Source of the DNA: Octopus vulgaris | Lineage: Eukaryota | NCBI GenBank assembly: GCA_951406725.2 | Contig: OX597817.1 | Location: forward strand, 87,482,001-87,546,000 | DNA length: 64,000 bases | Direction: 5' to 3' | Shown: in pieces, positions 10,698-24,330 of the stretch | Layout: every line of letters begins with the position of its first letter | How positions within the stretch are numbered: the stretch's first letter is position 1 | Made by a program: the position numbers and the translations under genes | The notes under the pieces: generated by a model | Told to the model about the DNA's origin: nothing | Databases searched by the model: none | Seen by the model: the letters and a program-made list of their open reading frames with translations, nothing else

Positions 10698-11099
10698 TAC
10701 AATGATGTGCTTTACTTCTATCTTAGCAGTGCGGTGTACTCATTTTAAAGTTCACCTCTACAGATTTTCGATAGAATTCCGAACCAACACTGAAAGTTAC
10801 GAAGCACCACAACTCAGTGCTGGCTCTGAACTCTATAGAATTCTATAGAAAATCAGTACTTAGCTGGTGATGGGTACAGTTTCGATTGTATAACCAACAC
10901 GGGTAGCCTGAAGTCTACACTATCGGCAGAGATTAAATACTCTGCCTTTCTGCGTGGGTCAGCTACGCTTAGGATGGCATATGCAGGTTGTCAGCGCCCA
11001 GAATCTAGAAGATCATCAACAGGACTTACTGCTAGTGGCAACAGTAAGACAGTTCATTCTTGATCTATACTACTGAGTTCACTTTGATAGCATTAATAC

Positions 11100-11182
11100 C
11101 ACAAGATGTCACGCAGTGGGAATGAATCGGGAATCATGTGGTTGGGAAGCAAGCTTCAAACCACACAGCCATGCCTGCGCCA
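11100..11182 (-). mobile_element. SINE family A head fragment
   Basis: ACCACACAGCCATGCCTGCGCC is the reverse complement of the family A start. Confidence 0.7.
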
Positions 11183-11262
11183 ATATATATATATATATAT
11201 ATATATTTGTGGAAGACTAGTAGTCACCCATACATATCAGCCTCCCCCACACACACACTCAC

Positions 11263-11469
11263 ACACCGCCGTTGTTATCCAAGGGAAAGGCAAAATCCGA
11301 TACAACTTGGCACAAGTGACGGCGCAACTCATTTCTACAACTGAGTGAACTGGAGAAGCGTAAAATAAAGTGTGTTGCTCAAGAACACAACACACAGCCC
11401 GGTCCGGGATTCGAACTCACTACCTCACCATTGAGCCCGACGCTCTAACCACTGAGCCATGTGCCTTCA
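11263..11469 (-). mobile_element. tRNA-derived SINE family D
   Basis: Minus strand GAAGGCACATGGCTCAGTGGTTAGAGCG (A box) and GAGTTCGAATCCCGG (B box). Colinear with 49970-50293. Confidence 0.8.
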
Positions 11470-11548
11470 CTATATTACCTTTTATTATGTTTCATATATA
11501 TTATATGTATTACACATACATATGTGTGTGAGTGTATATCTATATCTA

Positions 11549-11677
<129 letters not shown>

Positions 11678-12185
11678 CATTGGCACACAGACACACACAC
11701 ACTTATGTGGCGGGATGTATGTATCTCTCCGATATATATATACATACGGGGAGAGAAAATGAGTGGTTTATATTGTATATTGATGAAAAAAGGGCATTAA
11801 CTGAATAAAAAGAAAAAAAACGTTAAATATTAAAAACGTAATTCTTTTATCAATTATTCATTATTTACATGAGCTACTTTTTAGAAGGTGACAGCTATTT
11901 CAAAGAAACGGCTTTTCAATCCGAGGTGTGAAAACTAGTTTTTCGTCATATATACGAGTTATGAATATTGAAGATGCAAGTATTTACGTTATAATGGGTG
12001 GAGTGAATTATGTACAAAAATTATAAATAAATTAATAATGAAACACTTATAGCATCGACCCGAGAGTGGTTTTGCATTCAGTAATACTGTTAATGGCAGA
12101 TGATAGGGGGTATTACTATGCCGAGGGTTAAAACTGGTGAAAATTTTGGCGGGGTAAGAGTAAAATATTGTTATTCTGTTACTGA

Positions 12186-12588
12186 AGATATTAAACAAAA
12201 TATGTAAATGTGAAAATCAAAGTTATAGGTTTCCGTTTGTTATGAACAGAACCATCATTTTCAAATATAGAGGCATTGATTTATAATTTCATAAATCAGA
12301 ATAATACACACAAATATATATACTACATATATACTTATGAATATACACTCACACACATATGTACATGTGTGTGTGTATATATATATACACATACACACAT
12401 ATATACATACATAAGAATATATATATATGTATATAATGTATTGTATATTTATATGTAAATGTGTGTGTTATTCTGATTTATGAAATTATGAATCAATGCC
12501 TTTGTATTTGAAAATAATGTCTCAATTCATAACAAACGGCAGCCTATAACTCTAATTTTCACATTTGAATATTTTGTTTCCTATCTTT
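12186..12588. repeat. ~120-bp imperfect inverted repeat enclosing a (TA/CA) microsatellite core (MITE/foldback-like)
   Basis: GGCATTGATTTATAATTTCATAAATCAGAATAATACACAC (~12271-12311) vs GTGTGTGTTATTCTGATTTATGAAATTATGAATCAATGCC (12461-12500). Pairing continues outward. Confidence 0.85.
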
Positions 12589-12610
12589 ACACACACACAC
12601 ACACACATGG

Positions 12611-12659
<49 letters not shown>

Positions 12660-12660
<1 letters not shown>

Positions 12661-12820
12661 AGTGGGCGGCTCTATGCTTAGAAGCTTGCTTTCCATCCAC
12701 CTGGTTCCCGGTTCAGTTCTACTGCTTGGCACCTTGAGCTAGCATTTTCTATTGTAGCCTTGGGCCGACCAAATCTTTGTGAGTGAATTTCGTAGACGGA
12801 AACTGAAAGGTCGTCGTATA
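12660..12820 (+). mobile_element. SINE family A 5' half, degenerate
   Basis: TGGTTCCCGGTTCAGT, GGGCCGACCAAA and GTAGACGGAAACTGAAAG motifs. Confidence 0.75.
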
Positions 12821-12852
12821 TTTATATATACATAAAAGAGAGTTGTGTGTGT

Positions 12853-12929
<77 letters not shown>

Positions 12930-13511
12930 TATGTTTGTATGTGTGTGTGCGCGCGTATGTTGCTTATGCATTTGAAACTTGAGTTGCCGATTTTGATATA
13001 TGGGGTATCGAAAGATTCAGTGATTTTTCGACTACCAAATAAACTTTATTTTCATTTACATAATTTCTACGTTATCTCAACAACTAGCTTTAATTATTTG
13101 AAAGACCCTGCTCTACAACGACCAGCTTTCATTGGTAAGTAAAAATAGTTTCACACTTGCAATTTGAACCAACATTACAAAGTGTTGCATTACGTGAGTA
13201 ATGATGTGTGAATAATGAAAGTAATGTTACTCCGAATTAGTCTCATCTGTACTATAATAAAGAAAGCTGCTTATCATCCATCTATATATATAAAGACTAC
13301 CAAATAAACTGTTTTTGGCACAACGACTCATTTTTGAAAAAATAAATAGAAATGGCTTTTTCCGTCTTAATAATTAGATAAATATCTAATTATCAAAGTG
13401 GAAAAATTATAAGAAAAGGCCATTTCTATTCATTTTTCATATATATATATATATAAATTGATAGAAATGGCAAGACAACGAAAGAATGAAAAAGATCTCG
13501 ACATTATGTAA

Positions 13512-13662
13512 ATGCCGGCGTGGGTTTCTGCCCCGACATCCGAAACTCGGAGTTTTATCAAGGTTTTAATGGTCATTTTCATAGCATTTTTTTCGATGGC
13601 CCGATAACTGAAGAGATGCTGGCGTGGGTTTCCACCCCGACATCCGAAACTTGGAGTTTACC
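13512..13662 (+). ncRNA. Hammerhead motif in a ~104-bp tandem duplication (Penelope pLTR-like remnant between (TA)n tracts)
   Basis: GATAA CTGAAGA (13608-13614) GATG...CATC C GAAA (13646-13649) CTTGGAG TT. Upstream partial copy CATCC GAAA CTCGGAG TT TTATC at 13537-13559. Confidence 0.7.
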
Positions 13663-13690
13663 ATGGCTACCGAATAACTGTCACATATTA

Positions 13691-13741
<51 letters not shown>

Positions 13742-13786
13742 TACAAAATTAGAGAATGGAGAATATATATATATATATATATATAT

Positions 13787-15296
13787 TGTTTGTTTGGCAT
13801 CCTTTCTGTCTCGGGAGACAATGGAGTTGCGCATTTTTTTTTTTTTTTTCTAGGTCTAGTCCGGCTGTTATATTTTATTTCCTGATACATTTCTTGCTGT
13901 GGCTGTGTAGTCCTATCCTGGACAAACACTCCCTCTGGCAGGTACTGCAAATGTAGCGAAGACTGTTCCTGGCTGGTTGTAGTGCCATGGTCTCTTGTTT
14001 ATGTCTCTTCCTTTCTTTCCATTTCTCCTCTCTCTTTCTGTCACTCCTCTGTATACCCTCTTTTACTGTACGTCGCCATTCTCCACGGTTGCCGGCGACT
14101 GCCTCCCAACCGCTAATGTTGATGTTGTAGGCCTTCATATCCCTTTTGCAAACATCCTTGTAACGTAAGATCGGTCTACCCACAGACCTAGTACCCCTAG
14201 CAAGCTCTCCGTAGAGTATGTCCTTGGGGATTCTGCCATCTTTCATACGGCTAGCATGCCCAAGCCATCTCATACGTCTTTGTGTGAGGAGTGCAAACAT
14301 GCTTGGTATTCCTGCTTGCCTGAGGTCATCTTTGTTGGGGATATGATTCTGCCATTTGATGTGGAGGATTTTTCGGAGGCAGCGCAGGTGAAAGATGTTT
14401 AGGCGACGCTCTTGGCGTGTGTATAGCGTCCAGGTCTCGCTTCCATACAGTAGAGTGCTGAGTACACATGCCTGGTAGATCTTCATTTTTGTGGTCTTGG
14501 TCAGCTTATTGTTGTCCCAAGCCCGTTTGGAGAGTTGGGCCATCGCAGCAGCTGCCTTGCCAATGCGTATATTGAGCTCAGCGTCAAGGGATAGGTTGTA
14601 GGTGACGGTAGAGCCCAGATAGGTAAACTTCTCCACCTCTTGTAATCTGTGGTCTCCAATATGTATGTTTGGGATGTCCGATGTAGCCTGGCCCATGATG
14701 TTGGTCTTCTTAAGGCTGATAGCTAAGCCAAAGTCGTTACATGCTTGCTCAAAACAGTTAATGAGCCTTTGGAGGGCTTCTTCTGTGTGTGTTACCAGCG
14801 CGGCATCATCAGCAAATAACATCTCCTTGATCAGGACGTTTCTGATTTTGGTCTTGGCACGCAGGCGCGAGAGATTGAACAGTTTCCCGTCACTTCTACT
14901 GTGCAGAAACACTCCATCATCTGATGTCTGAAAGGCATGTGACAGCAAGAGTGAGAAGAAGATGCCAAACAATGTAGGAGCGAGGACACAGCCTTGCTTT
15001 ACCCCGTTTTTTATTTGGAAGGCGGCTGATGTTGAACCGTTGTGCTGTATGGTGCCTTGCATGTCATCATGGAAAGACTTGATGATCCTCAGCAGCTTTG
15101 GTGGACATCCGATTTTTTGGAGCAGGAGGAAGAGGCCTGTTCTGCTTACCGAGTCAAAAGCCTTTGTTAGATCAATGAAGGCCATATATAATGGCATTTT
15201 CTGCTCTCTGGACTTCTCCTGAAGTTGGCGTATGGAGAATATCATATCGATAGTTGATCTGTTTCTTCTAAAGCCACACTGCGATTCCGGATAGAT

Positions 15297-15299
<3 letters not shown>
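13787..15299 (-). mobile_element. RTE-clade LINE, 5'-truncated, intact RT C-terminal half and 3' UTR
   Basis: ORF with PESQCGFR, AFIDLTKAFDSV, GVKQGCVLAPTLF, LFADD, FTYLGS and terminal CSTC..ECLSRIGLHSH. Short 3' UTR with GTCTCCCGAGAC hairpin and (AAAC) tail. (TA)n on both sides. Confidence 0.92.
13875..15299 (-). pseudogene. RTE reverse transcriptase (truncated ORF2)
   Basis: Uninterrupted frame from RIYPESQ to the stop at 13875. The upstream part of the listed ORF is microsatellite. Confidence 0.9.
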
Positions 15300-15340
<41 letters not shown>

Positions 15341-15687
15341 CATACATATATGTGTGTCTGTATATATATATTCCGAAAAAACTTTTCCTTTCCCGAAATG
15401 CAATTCGTAAAATCTGCCATTTACCGGATGTAATATATGTAAACTCACCCATGTGCTTCGTTGATGTTGATCAGTTAGCTGCTCGGCTTAGACGAGGTAG
15501 GGTCGTTGATTTATGATACGTCCAGGCTTGCTGATGAATACAGAGGTATGAAATCACAGGTGATACAAGTCCATATTTTTAAATGTCTTACTTTGAAAAA
15601 TTGCATTCGGTGGGATTAGTAAAAGTTTTTGGTAGAAATGACTAATTTTGTCCCTCTTAGCGTGTGGCATGTATGTATAATAATGCC

Positions 15688-15723
<36 letters not shown>

Positions 15724-15728
<5 letters not shown>

Positions 15729-15946
15729 ATCCAAACAAGAAAACACAGAAAAAAAGAGAAAAAACACAGCAACGCAGGACGTGGAACAATTAAAGTATTA
15801 TTGACGCTCAGGAAAGAAGGGAAGGAGGATTTAACGTTTCGAGCAGAGCTCTTCGTCGGAAACAAGGAGAAGGAAAGATCCCAAGAAGGGAAGACAGAGG
15901 AAAAAATATTTGAGCTGGTGGTGCTCAAGAGATCACATGTTGAAAG

Positions 15947-15947
<1 letters not shown>
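15724..15947 (-). mobile_element. Penelope pLTR-like remnant between (TA)n tracts
   Basis: Purine/pyrimidine-skewed 220-bp insert containing a minimal hammerhead. Confidence 0.6.
15826..15864 (-). ncRNA. Minimal hammerhead motif (CCGACGA core)
   Basis: Minus strand TTT CCGACGA A GAGC tct GCTC GAAA CG TT AAA. Palindromic AACGTT helix III. Confidence 0.65.
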
Positions 15948-16001
<54 letters not shown>

Positions 16002-16057
16002 CACACATACATACATACATACATACATACATACATACATACATACATACATACATA

Positions 16058-16172
16058 CAAAAATACCCCATTGTTAATGTTGAAATTCCAATGAAGGAAC
16101 ATTGGATCTAGGTTAGAAACCGGCTCTTTCTCTATTGGCAAGAATTCTTGGAATGAAACTGAATAATAACAT
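16058..16172 (+). mobile_element. ~115-bp dispersed module in (TACA)n; probably the extreme 3' end of R4-like family 2
   Basis: GGATCTAGGTTAGAAACCGGCTCTTTCTCTATT also at ~49890, ~55505 and, inverted and twice, at 63165-63400. Confidence 0.75.
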
Positions 16173-16916
16173 ACATATACATACATACATGCATACATAC
16201 AACCATACACACTCATATACACATACAGTTACAGAGTTAACTTTCCAACACATACGTACACATACACATACATTACATAGACATACATTACTCATACATA
16301 CACACATAATTTTACGCAGCATTCGTTCTAGATAAACCATACCAGTGCATACCTTTTCCCACTATCCATATATTAAATCAAAATGTACACTAGCCACTCC
16401 TATGCGTCCTTTACAATTAATATTCATAGATAATTCCACTCCACCGATTATCACTTCTTACATCTTCATTATCTTTAATTTGTTTATATATATGTATATG
16501 ACAAATTTCCGTCTTTATTCTTTTATCACAGTTTTTGAAAAGCTGTACTGGTCTACATTACCATATAACTGTATCCATATACATATTTATATTTATATAT
16601 ACAAGCGCATACAAATTTGTATGTGTATGCATACATTATGTTTCAGCGCGCGCGCCGCGCGTGCGTGTGTGTGTGTGTGTTGTGTGAGTTTGTCTGTGGG
16701 TAAATTCAAGCTTATGCGTAAATGCGAGCTTAATGTCACTGGATTTATGAAAATGTACCCAATGACCAGCGCTTCTTTGAAATAAACAATCAAGTTCTCA
16801 TCGACATAAATGGCTTACTACACACACATATCTTTATATACATTCGTACAGTACATATATGCACATTTATATATATGTACACACACATATACATATTTAT
16901 ACATACACACACACAT

Positions 16917-16960
<44 letters not shown>

Positions 16961-19774
16961 TACATACATGTATGTATTTATATATATATATATATTCATA
17001 CATATACGTTGTGTTTGTGTGTTTGTGTGTGTGTGTATGCGCGCGCTTGTGTGTACAGTTGTGTACTTAGTTAGCTGGGTGAGGTCTTTTGTGAGTGTAA
17101 ATGCTTTAGTTCTTTAGTTATGAATGCGAAAATTCTCTAGTTTCCAGAAGAATCCAGTGATCAACAAAAGACTATTGACAAAGACGAAGGATATTATTTT
17201 ATATTTGTTGTTGATTCAATAGCTAAGTAGCCAGTCTATTGATGTAATTATATCCGTGCCTTAATATTATTAATAAAGACAACCAGGGAGAGTTATTGGC
17301 TGCAGGCAATGAATCGAAACATACAGAATAAAAATATCAGGAGAGTTATATGAAAGCCCCCTTTCTTTTACTGACTTTGATTGAAATAAGAGCTACAAGT
17401 TGTTCCCAGTTTCTAGCTAGTTGCACTAACACCTAACTCACCAGCAAACTGGCTTTATACTTTTAGATATTATTGTTTAGCTAACGATATTCACGAGCCC
17501 TTTTTACCACACAACATCAATCTACTTCACTGGTGCTTCTCTGACAACACTTCTTTTAATTATGATTTCATAATTCATTTTATTATATATTTTACTTGTT
17601 TAATTTACTATCTCTCTATTCGTTGTGTTCCAGTCTCTTTCTGTTTTCTTTCTTCGTTCACCTTACTCTCTCTCTCTCTCTCTCTCTCGTTCCTTTATTT
17701 ATTTATTTCTAATTTCTATTTCTGTATTCCTCATGTCTATTCAAAGCATTACCTCTCTTAGATTACGCAACGTGAAAACTGAGATTTTATGTCCGATCAC
17801 AGGCAAAATATGATCCTCTAAGAAAAATGCATCTGCATAATCAGGAACCGACTTACGGAAATTTATATTTCGTGAATATATATACATACATAAGCATTTG
17901 TATATATTCTCCTACACACGTACACACACACATACACACATACACACATTTTGTTTCATTCCCGTGACATGTCATTATCCTTCTATTGTTTTCTATCGGG
18001 TAGAATTGCATGTTTTTATTTTATTTTCATTTTTTTGCGGGGTGATGAGGTAGACGTAATTACTTATTGTTTAATGTAAAGCTTATGGTAAAGGTTAAGA
18101 CCTTGAACCTACTCTCATACATTGAACAATAACTAATTACGTCTACTGCGAAAGAATATTAGATGGAAAACAATAGAAGTCAGATGGCATATCACGTGAA
18201 TGATACAAACCATAATAATACTGTATTAATGTTAGATATGATTTTAGGCATGGAAATAAATGTAGATGTTCGTTATCATACTGAGAAGCATAAATTTTTT
18301 TCAAACATGTTACCATAATGCCAAGACTGTGATCGAGATTAAACATGCATATTTGTATAAATTTTTCTTTGGTATGTAAGCTTTTCTCTTCTTTTTTTAC
18401 CTTTGAGAAATCTAAATCGTTCTCTAACAAAGAGACTACGCTATTTTGTTTAAGCCATAACAAGTCTTCGGGGCTTGTGGATATGTGATGATGTGTGTGT
18501 GGATTAACTTTCACCCATGTATGTGGGTATACATGTCATTTTAATACTCAAGTATGCACATGCGATTGTGTGCGCATGTTCAATCCAAGAAAACTCAAAT
18601 GAAGAATGCCCGGAGTGGTTTACAAAATATATTTGGAGATGCGATTCAGTTTATGTTGGTTTTTCTTAGGAACAGCCCGGCATTTATAAGCTTTTATGAA
18701 AATCTGTTGTTACATAGCCTAGAGTACCTAGGAAAATAGGCACAACAAGAATCTACAGCCTGAGTATAAGAGCTGTAAGTTTCTCACAAGTTCACCATGG
18801 AAGTTTTCCTTTTTCTCAAATTTAAGTGAGACATATACACAGAACAGCTGACGTCTACATCAGTAGATCATTTTCCTCAGAACCCCATAGAACATTTATG
18901 TTTAGACATACATTTTTTTAATGTTCTTCTTGTGTTGCTTATTTTAAAAGGCGTAGCTTTATTGTGGTTTTGTTGTGCCTTTGGTATGGCCGTCGAGACA
19001 ATCCTGCCTATAGACGTTATTATGGATGACTTCAGTGACAATGTCAAGTCTCATAGGAAGGTTACACTTTGAAGATGTTCTTGAATAATTGTTGATACTA
19101 TCTACGGATGACATCTGCCACACCAGTATGATAAAATCGACATTTTATGTCACAACAAATAGATATGAAAATATCCGTATCTTTTTTGTTGGTTAGATAT
19201 TTCCTATACATCTCCTGTTCCTGGACAAGAAAAACATAGCAGTGTACAGCTGAAAGCAAAAACGGGCAACAAAGAGAACAATTATATTAAGAGGAGTAAT
19301 TGTTCAGGTTACAATATTTATTCTCTTATAAAGGTAAAAACAATGTGAGCATATAAATAGTATGACAATTCCCATGGTAATAGTTTCAAAGTAACGTAGC
19401 CTATTTTGTAAAACATTTATTAAAAAAAAAATGTTTTCATAAAAGTTACTAAACGGAACAACATTACAAAATTCTTGAGAGAGATTAAAAAGACTATAGA
19501 AGAGGATAATTTTTTTTAAAAAAAGAAATTATTTTATAAGATTGAAATTTTACAAATCTGATTATAGAAATGAAAATGTCAATTCGATTTGGTTGGCTTT
19601 TAAAAACATTGTTATATCTTATAATTAATTTTTAAAATGATGTCAATATTTCCGATTTATATTTAAAGGAAACTGCAGTTATTTGAAATGACTCTATGCG
19701 CGGATTGTAGTAAGCGTTGACACACCCACACACACTCACAAACACACAGACGCACAAAAACACATACACTTGTA

Positions 19775-21049
19775 CACAGACATGCAGGAAGTAAATAGAC
19801 ACCTTTAATTTTCAAAATTTCTGATCTAAGTGTCTTAATATGTTTTCATCAGTGTAGAATTTACAATGTAATTATTCTTTTTCATTCCAGGTGCCATTAT
19901 ATTAAACATTTGTGAAGAGTAACCATGTCACGCACAAAAAATTCAGCAGAACTCGCAGATTTTAAAAGCGGTCGTATTGTTGGGCAATCTGAGGCTGGTC
20001 TTTACCAGCGAAAAATTGCCGAAAATCTTCAAATTCCTCTTGCTACTGTTAATAGAATTATAGTGCAATTAAAAAGCGCCAAGGAAAAGAATCAACAGAT
20101 GCTCGTCCCACCCGACCTGGGCCCTCAGAAAGGAAGCTTCAGTGTTTGAAGAGAATTGTGGAAAACGAACCCCGTTCCAAGGCTTCTGACATTGCAAAAC
20201 AGCTAGAAGTTAGTCCAAAAACGTGTGTTACATATCTGTATAAGCTTGGGTATTATGGACGAGCAGCTAGAAGAAAACCCCTCCTTAAACCAATTAATAT
20301 CATGAAAAGAAAGAAATGGGCTAAGGAGATCTCAGAAAAATCCAGTTCATTTTGGGATAGAGTGATTTTCTCGGATGAATCCAGATTTACATTATTTTCA
20401 GACAGTGAACGTGTTTGGGTCTGGAGGTTTCCCAATCAAGAATTTGATTTGAAATGACTCCAACCAACTGTGAAACATGGCGGTATCTCTGTAATGGTAT
20501 GGGTAGCTGTCACCAGCAATGGTCGTTCTGAGCTGATCGAATGTGTTGGGGACATAAACTGAAACATATATCGAAATACTTAAGCAAGGACTACTTCTGA
20601 TGTATTCACACGATAACATAACGAAAATTATTTTTTATTCATGGAAGATGGGGCTCCATGCCACACAGCCAAAAGGAATCAACAATGGCTGACTGAAAAT
20701 GGAATCAAAAAGCTTCCTTGGCCGAGCCAATCTCCTGACATGAATTCAATTGAAAATCTTTGGTGTATACTAGATAGCTATACGAAAAACTCGACAGAAA
20801 CCTAAATCTAAAGATAAACTGTTTCGATTGTTGCGTGAGAAATGGGCAGAAATTCCACAAGAAACAATCACGAAGCTCATCAGTTCAATGCCAAAAAGAG
20901 TTTCTGAATTAAAAACTGCAAAGGGAATGTCAGCTAAATACTAAAGTATGTAGACCTACCTATCGATTGCATTTCAATCGTTCGCTTTGCATATTAAATA
21001 AAAAGATTTTGAAAACTAAAGTTGTCTATTTACTTCCTGCATGTCTATG
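19775..21049 (+). mobile_element. Full-length decayed Tc1-family DNA transposon
   Basis: TIRs CACAGACATGCAGGAAGTAAATAGACA.. / ..TGTCTATTTACTTCCTGCATGTCTATG. TA target duplications at 19773-19774 and 21050-21051. Confidence 0.93.
19925..20944 (+). pseudogene. Tc1 DDE transposase, frameshifted and with stops
   Basis: HTH N-terminus, ARRKPLL, VIFSDES, TVKHGG.SVMVW, FMEDGAPCH, SPDMNSIENLW and SMPKR across different frames. Confidence 0.92.
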
Positions 21050-21071
21050 TATACACTGACTTTATCATGGG

Positions 21072-21127
<56 letters not shown>

Positions 21128-21165
21128 CTTCATCGCCTTTTTCTTATTATTATCGATGTTGTTGC

Positions 21166-21241
<76 letters not shown>

Positions 21242-22128
21242 TTTATTGGATGAGAAAAATATCTACATGTAACTTAGGGGCATTTTCACATAAATTTACG
21301 ATGCAATGACATGCAACACATTTTGGAAATAGAAGAACAGCGGCTGAATAACTGATTGTCTTTGACGAAATAATAATTTGTATTAGATGCTATCTTTATT
21401 CTTCGGTAGTTTTTCTCCCTAAGTGCCTAGATCCTGTACTCATTTCCTCGAACATGGTCATTAGAAATCATATAAATGCGCGAAATTCTTCAAGTCACGG
21501 TTTCCTTCCAGCAAACTTATTTTCATGTGCTTTGCCATAATAGTTATACCGCAGCTTATTCTCACATATACAGAAAGAAAAAAAAAATGTATAAAACCAT
21601 TCGGCTGTTTAGTGAAGAAATGCCCACAAGTCACATGACATTTTAAGAAGTCAGTCGTCAAGAGAATATTACGTAATATTAATGCCTAGATATTTTATCG
21701 CTTCCATTCATATTCATCTATGAGTCAGTTAAGTAGTACCAAGAGATTTTGTATCGATCCACCTTCAATCCATTCCATCATCAGTGGAACATTAAATCCC
21801 TCAAGTTGTAAATCACTCAACTTTTATTGGCATTTGTAAAGAAATACGACAAAACTTGGAACTTTTGTGTGTTTCTACAACAAACCATTCGAAAGAACCA
21901 TTTGCGTACGAGCTTTCAAAATACAAATGTAGCGTTACTGCATTCTTTGTAAATGAATGTGTGCGTGTATAGATATTTACACGCACACATATGTAACTAT
22001 ATATAGGTATGTATATGTATGTCTGTATACACAAATATATACATATATATATATGTATAAAGAGAAAGAGACATAGATAGAGAAGAGAGAGACGGACAGA
22101 CAGGTCGATATAAAGGTATATATATATA

Positions 22129-22529
<401 letters not shown>

Positions 22530-22535
22530 TAGATA

Positions 22536-22952
22536 AAGGCGGCGAGCTAGCAGAAACGTTAGCACGCCGGGCAAAATGCTTAGCTGTATTTCGTCTGCCA
22601 CTACGTTCTGAGTTCAAATTCCGCCGAGGTCGACTTTGCCTTTCATCCTTTCGGGGTCGATTAAATAAGTACCAGTTACGCACTGAGGTTGATATAATCG
22701 ACTTAATTCGTTTGTCTATCCTTGTTTGTCCTCTCTGTGTTTAGCCCCTTGTGGGTAGTAAAGAAATAGGTATTTCGTCTGCCGTTACGTTCTAAGTTCA
22801 AATTCCGCCGAGGTTGACTTTGCCTTTCATCCTTTCGGGGCCGATAAATTAAGTACCAGTTACGCACTGGGGTCGATGTAATCGACTTAATCCATTTGTC
22901 TGTCCTTGTTTGTCCTCTCTATGTTTAGCCCCTTGTGGGCAATAAAGAAATT
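22536..22952 (+). mobile_element. SINE family B, dimeric (internal tandem duplication)
   Basis: GGCGGCGAGCTAGCAGAAACGTTAGC head. Body GTATTTCGTCTGCC...GCCCCTTGTGGG present twice. Confidence 0.88.
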
Positions 22953-23534
22953 AGATTAGACAGAGATATGGATGTCTGTGTGTGCGTGTATGGTCTACTT
23001 CCCTTCATAAATAATCCAGCCTTCTGAGAAGAGTATTAACAATTATTGTTAACATAACCTTGTATGCTAATGATTATGGATATTAATTTATGAATATTAA
23101 TGTAAATATATAATGTGAGTAAAGAAGACGTAAGTTTTGAAGTAGTTGAACATAAATGTTATCTTTCTCAATGATTTTAAATGAAGCGTTCTCATGTTTG
23201 ACACCTTATCTTTTCAACTATACATAATTTTTGTATGTGATGTATGTATATTTTGAGGATGGCGAAGAAGGCGGCGGCAGCGGCGGTGGAACGGTGGCGG
23301 CGGTGGCGGTGGTGGTGGTGTTTGTTAGATTTGATTAAGCATTTTCCCAGAATTCAAGCCAGTCATAACAACGTAGCAACGCAATCTTACTTGAGTCAAA
23401 ACATTTCCACTGATCTGTTAATATACAAGTTGATGTGGCCATATAAGTAGCTGTATGTGTGGCTTTGCATGCACTCAAGTAAATTTGAGAGTGCTTGTAT
23501 AGCTATAGATGTATGTGTGGATGTACTATAATGG

Positions 23535-24330
23535 GTACAAGGTCGGGTTGAAAAGTCCTTGGGCTGACTATGAAAGAATGACGCTAGAGCTGTGAAACCT
23601 TGCATGCATTACTTTCAACACTACTTATTAATAATTACATTGTTCCTTTCCTAGTAAACTGGCATCTAATTGTTAAATCGTAACTAGTAGTGACTTATCT
23701 TGAAAATTGACAAAATGTGTCATTGTAATGTTATCAGTTAGTGCAAAAAAAGATGGGGTTTAACCCCTAAGACATTCAAACAGACATAGTCACTACTTTA
23801 AGAGATGATGCTCTAGTGTTAGCAACTGTGAAAAAGTGGGCCGCTGAATTTAGGAGGGGAAGTCTTGAAGTTGACCCTAAGCCTAGACGTCCTGCAACTG
23901 CCACCAGCGAGAAAAACAGTAATCGTGGTTTCCTCGCCTGTCATTCATCACATAGTGATGAATGACAAGCGATTGACTATAAATCACATAGTCAATGTTA
24001 TTGCCATACCCCATGAAAGAGTTGAGAATATTCTGCACAATGAACTGAGTATGACGAAAGTTTCTCGTAGGAGGGTGTTCCGTCTTCCGACACCAGATCA
24101 AGAGAACACCAGATTGATCACATCACGAGAAAATCTAACATTATATGAGGCAGATCCAGCTAGTTTCCTTCAACATTTCCTAACCCAAAATGAGTGTCGG
24201 CTTCATCAATTTGAGTCAGAGACAAAGAGATAATCTATGTAAGGGAAACACCCATCCTTCCATGCTCCAAAGAGGACCAAGTTCGTTTCCCTTGCAAGGA
24301 AGGTGATAACCTCAGTTTTGGGGGATTCAA
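23535..24330 (+). mobile_element. Mariner-family transposon 5' part, decayed
   Basis: TA CAAGGTCGGGTTGAAAAGT left-TIR-like start. Translation DKRLTI..ILHNELSMTKVSRRRVFRL (WVPxxL-like region) and LTQNECRLHQF (first catalytic D region). Ends abruptly at an RTE fragment. Confidence 0.82.

Noticed and set aside
15300-15452. N-terminal part of the 525-aa ORF
   Set aside because: Read-through of (TA)n and flanking DNA, not RTE sequence.
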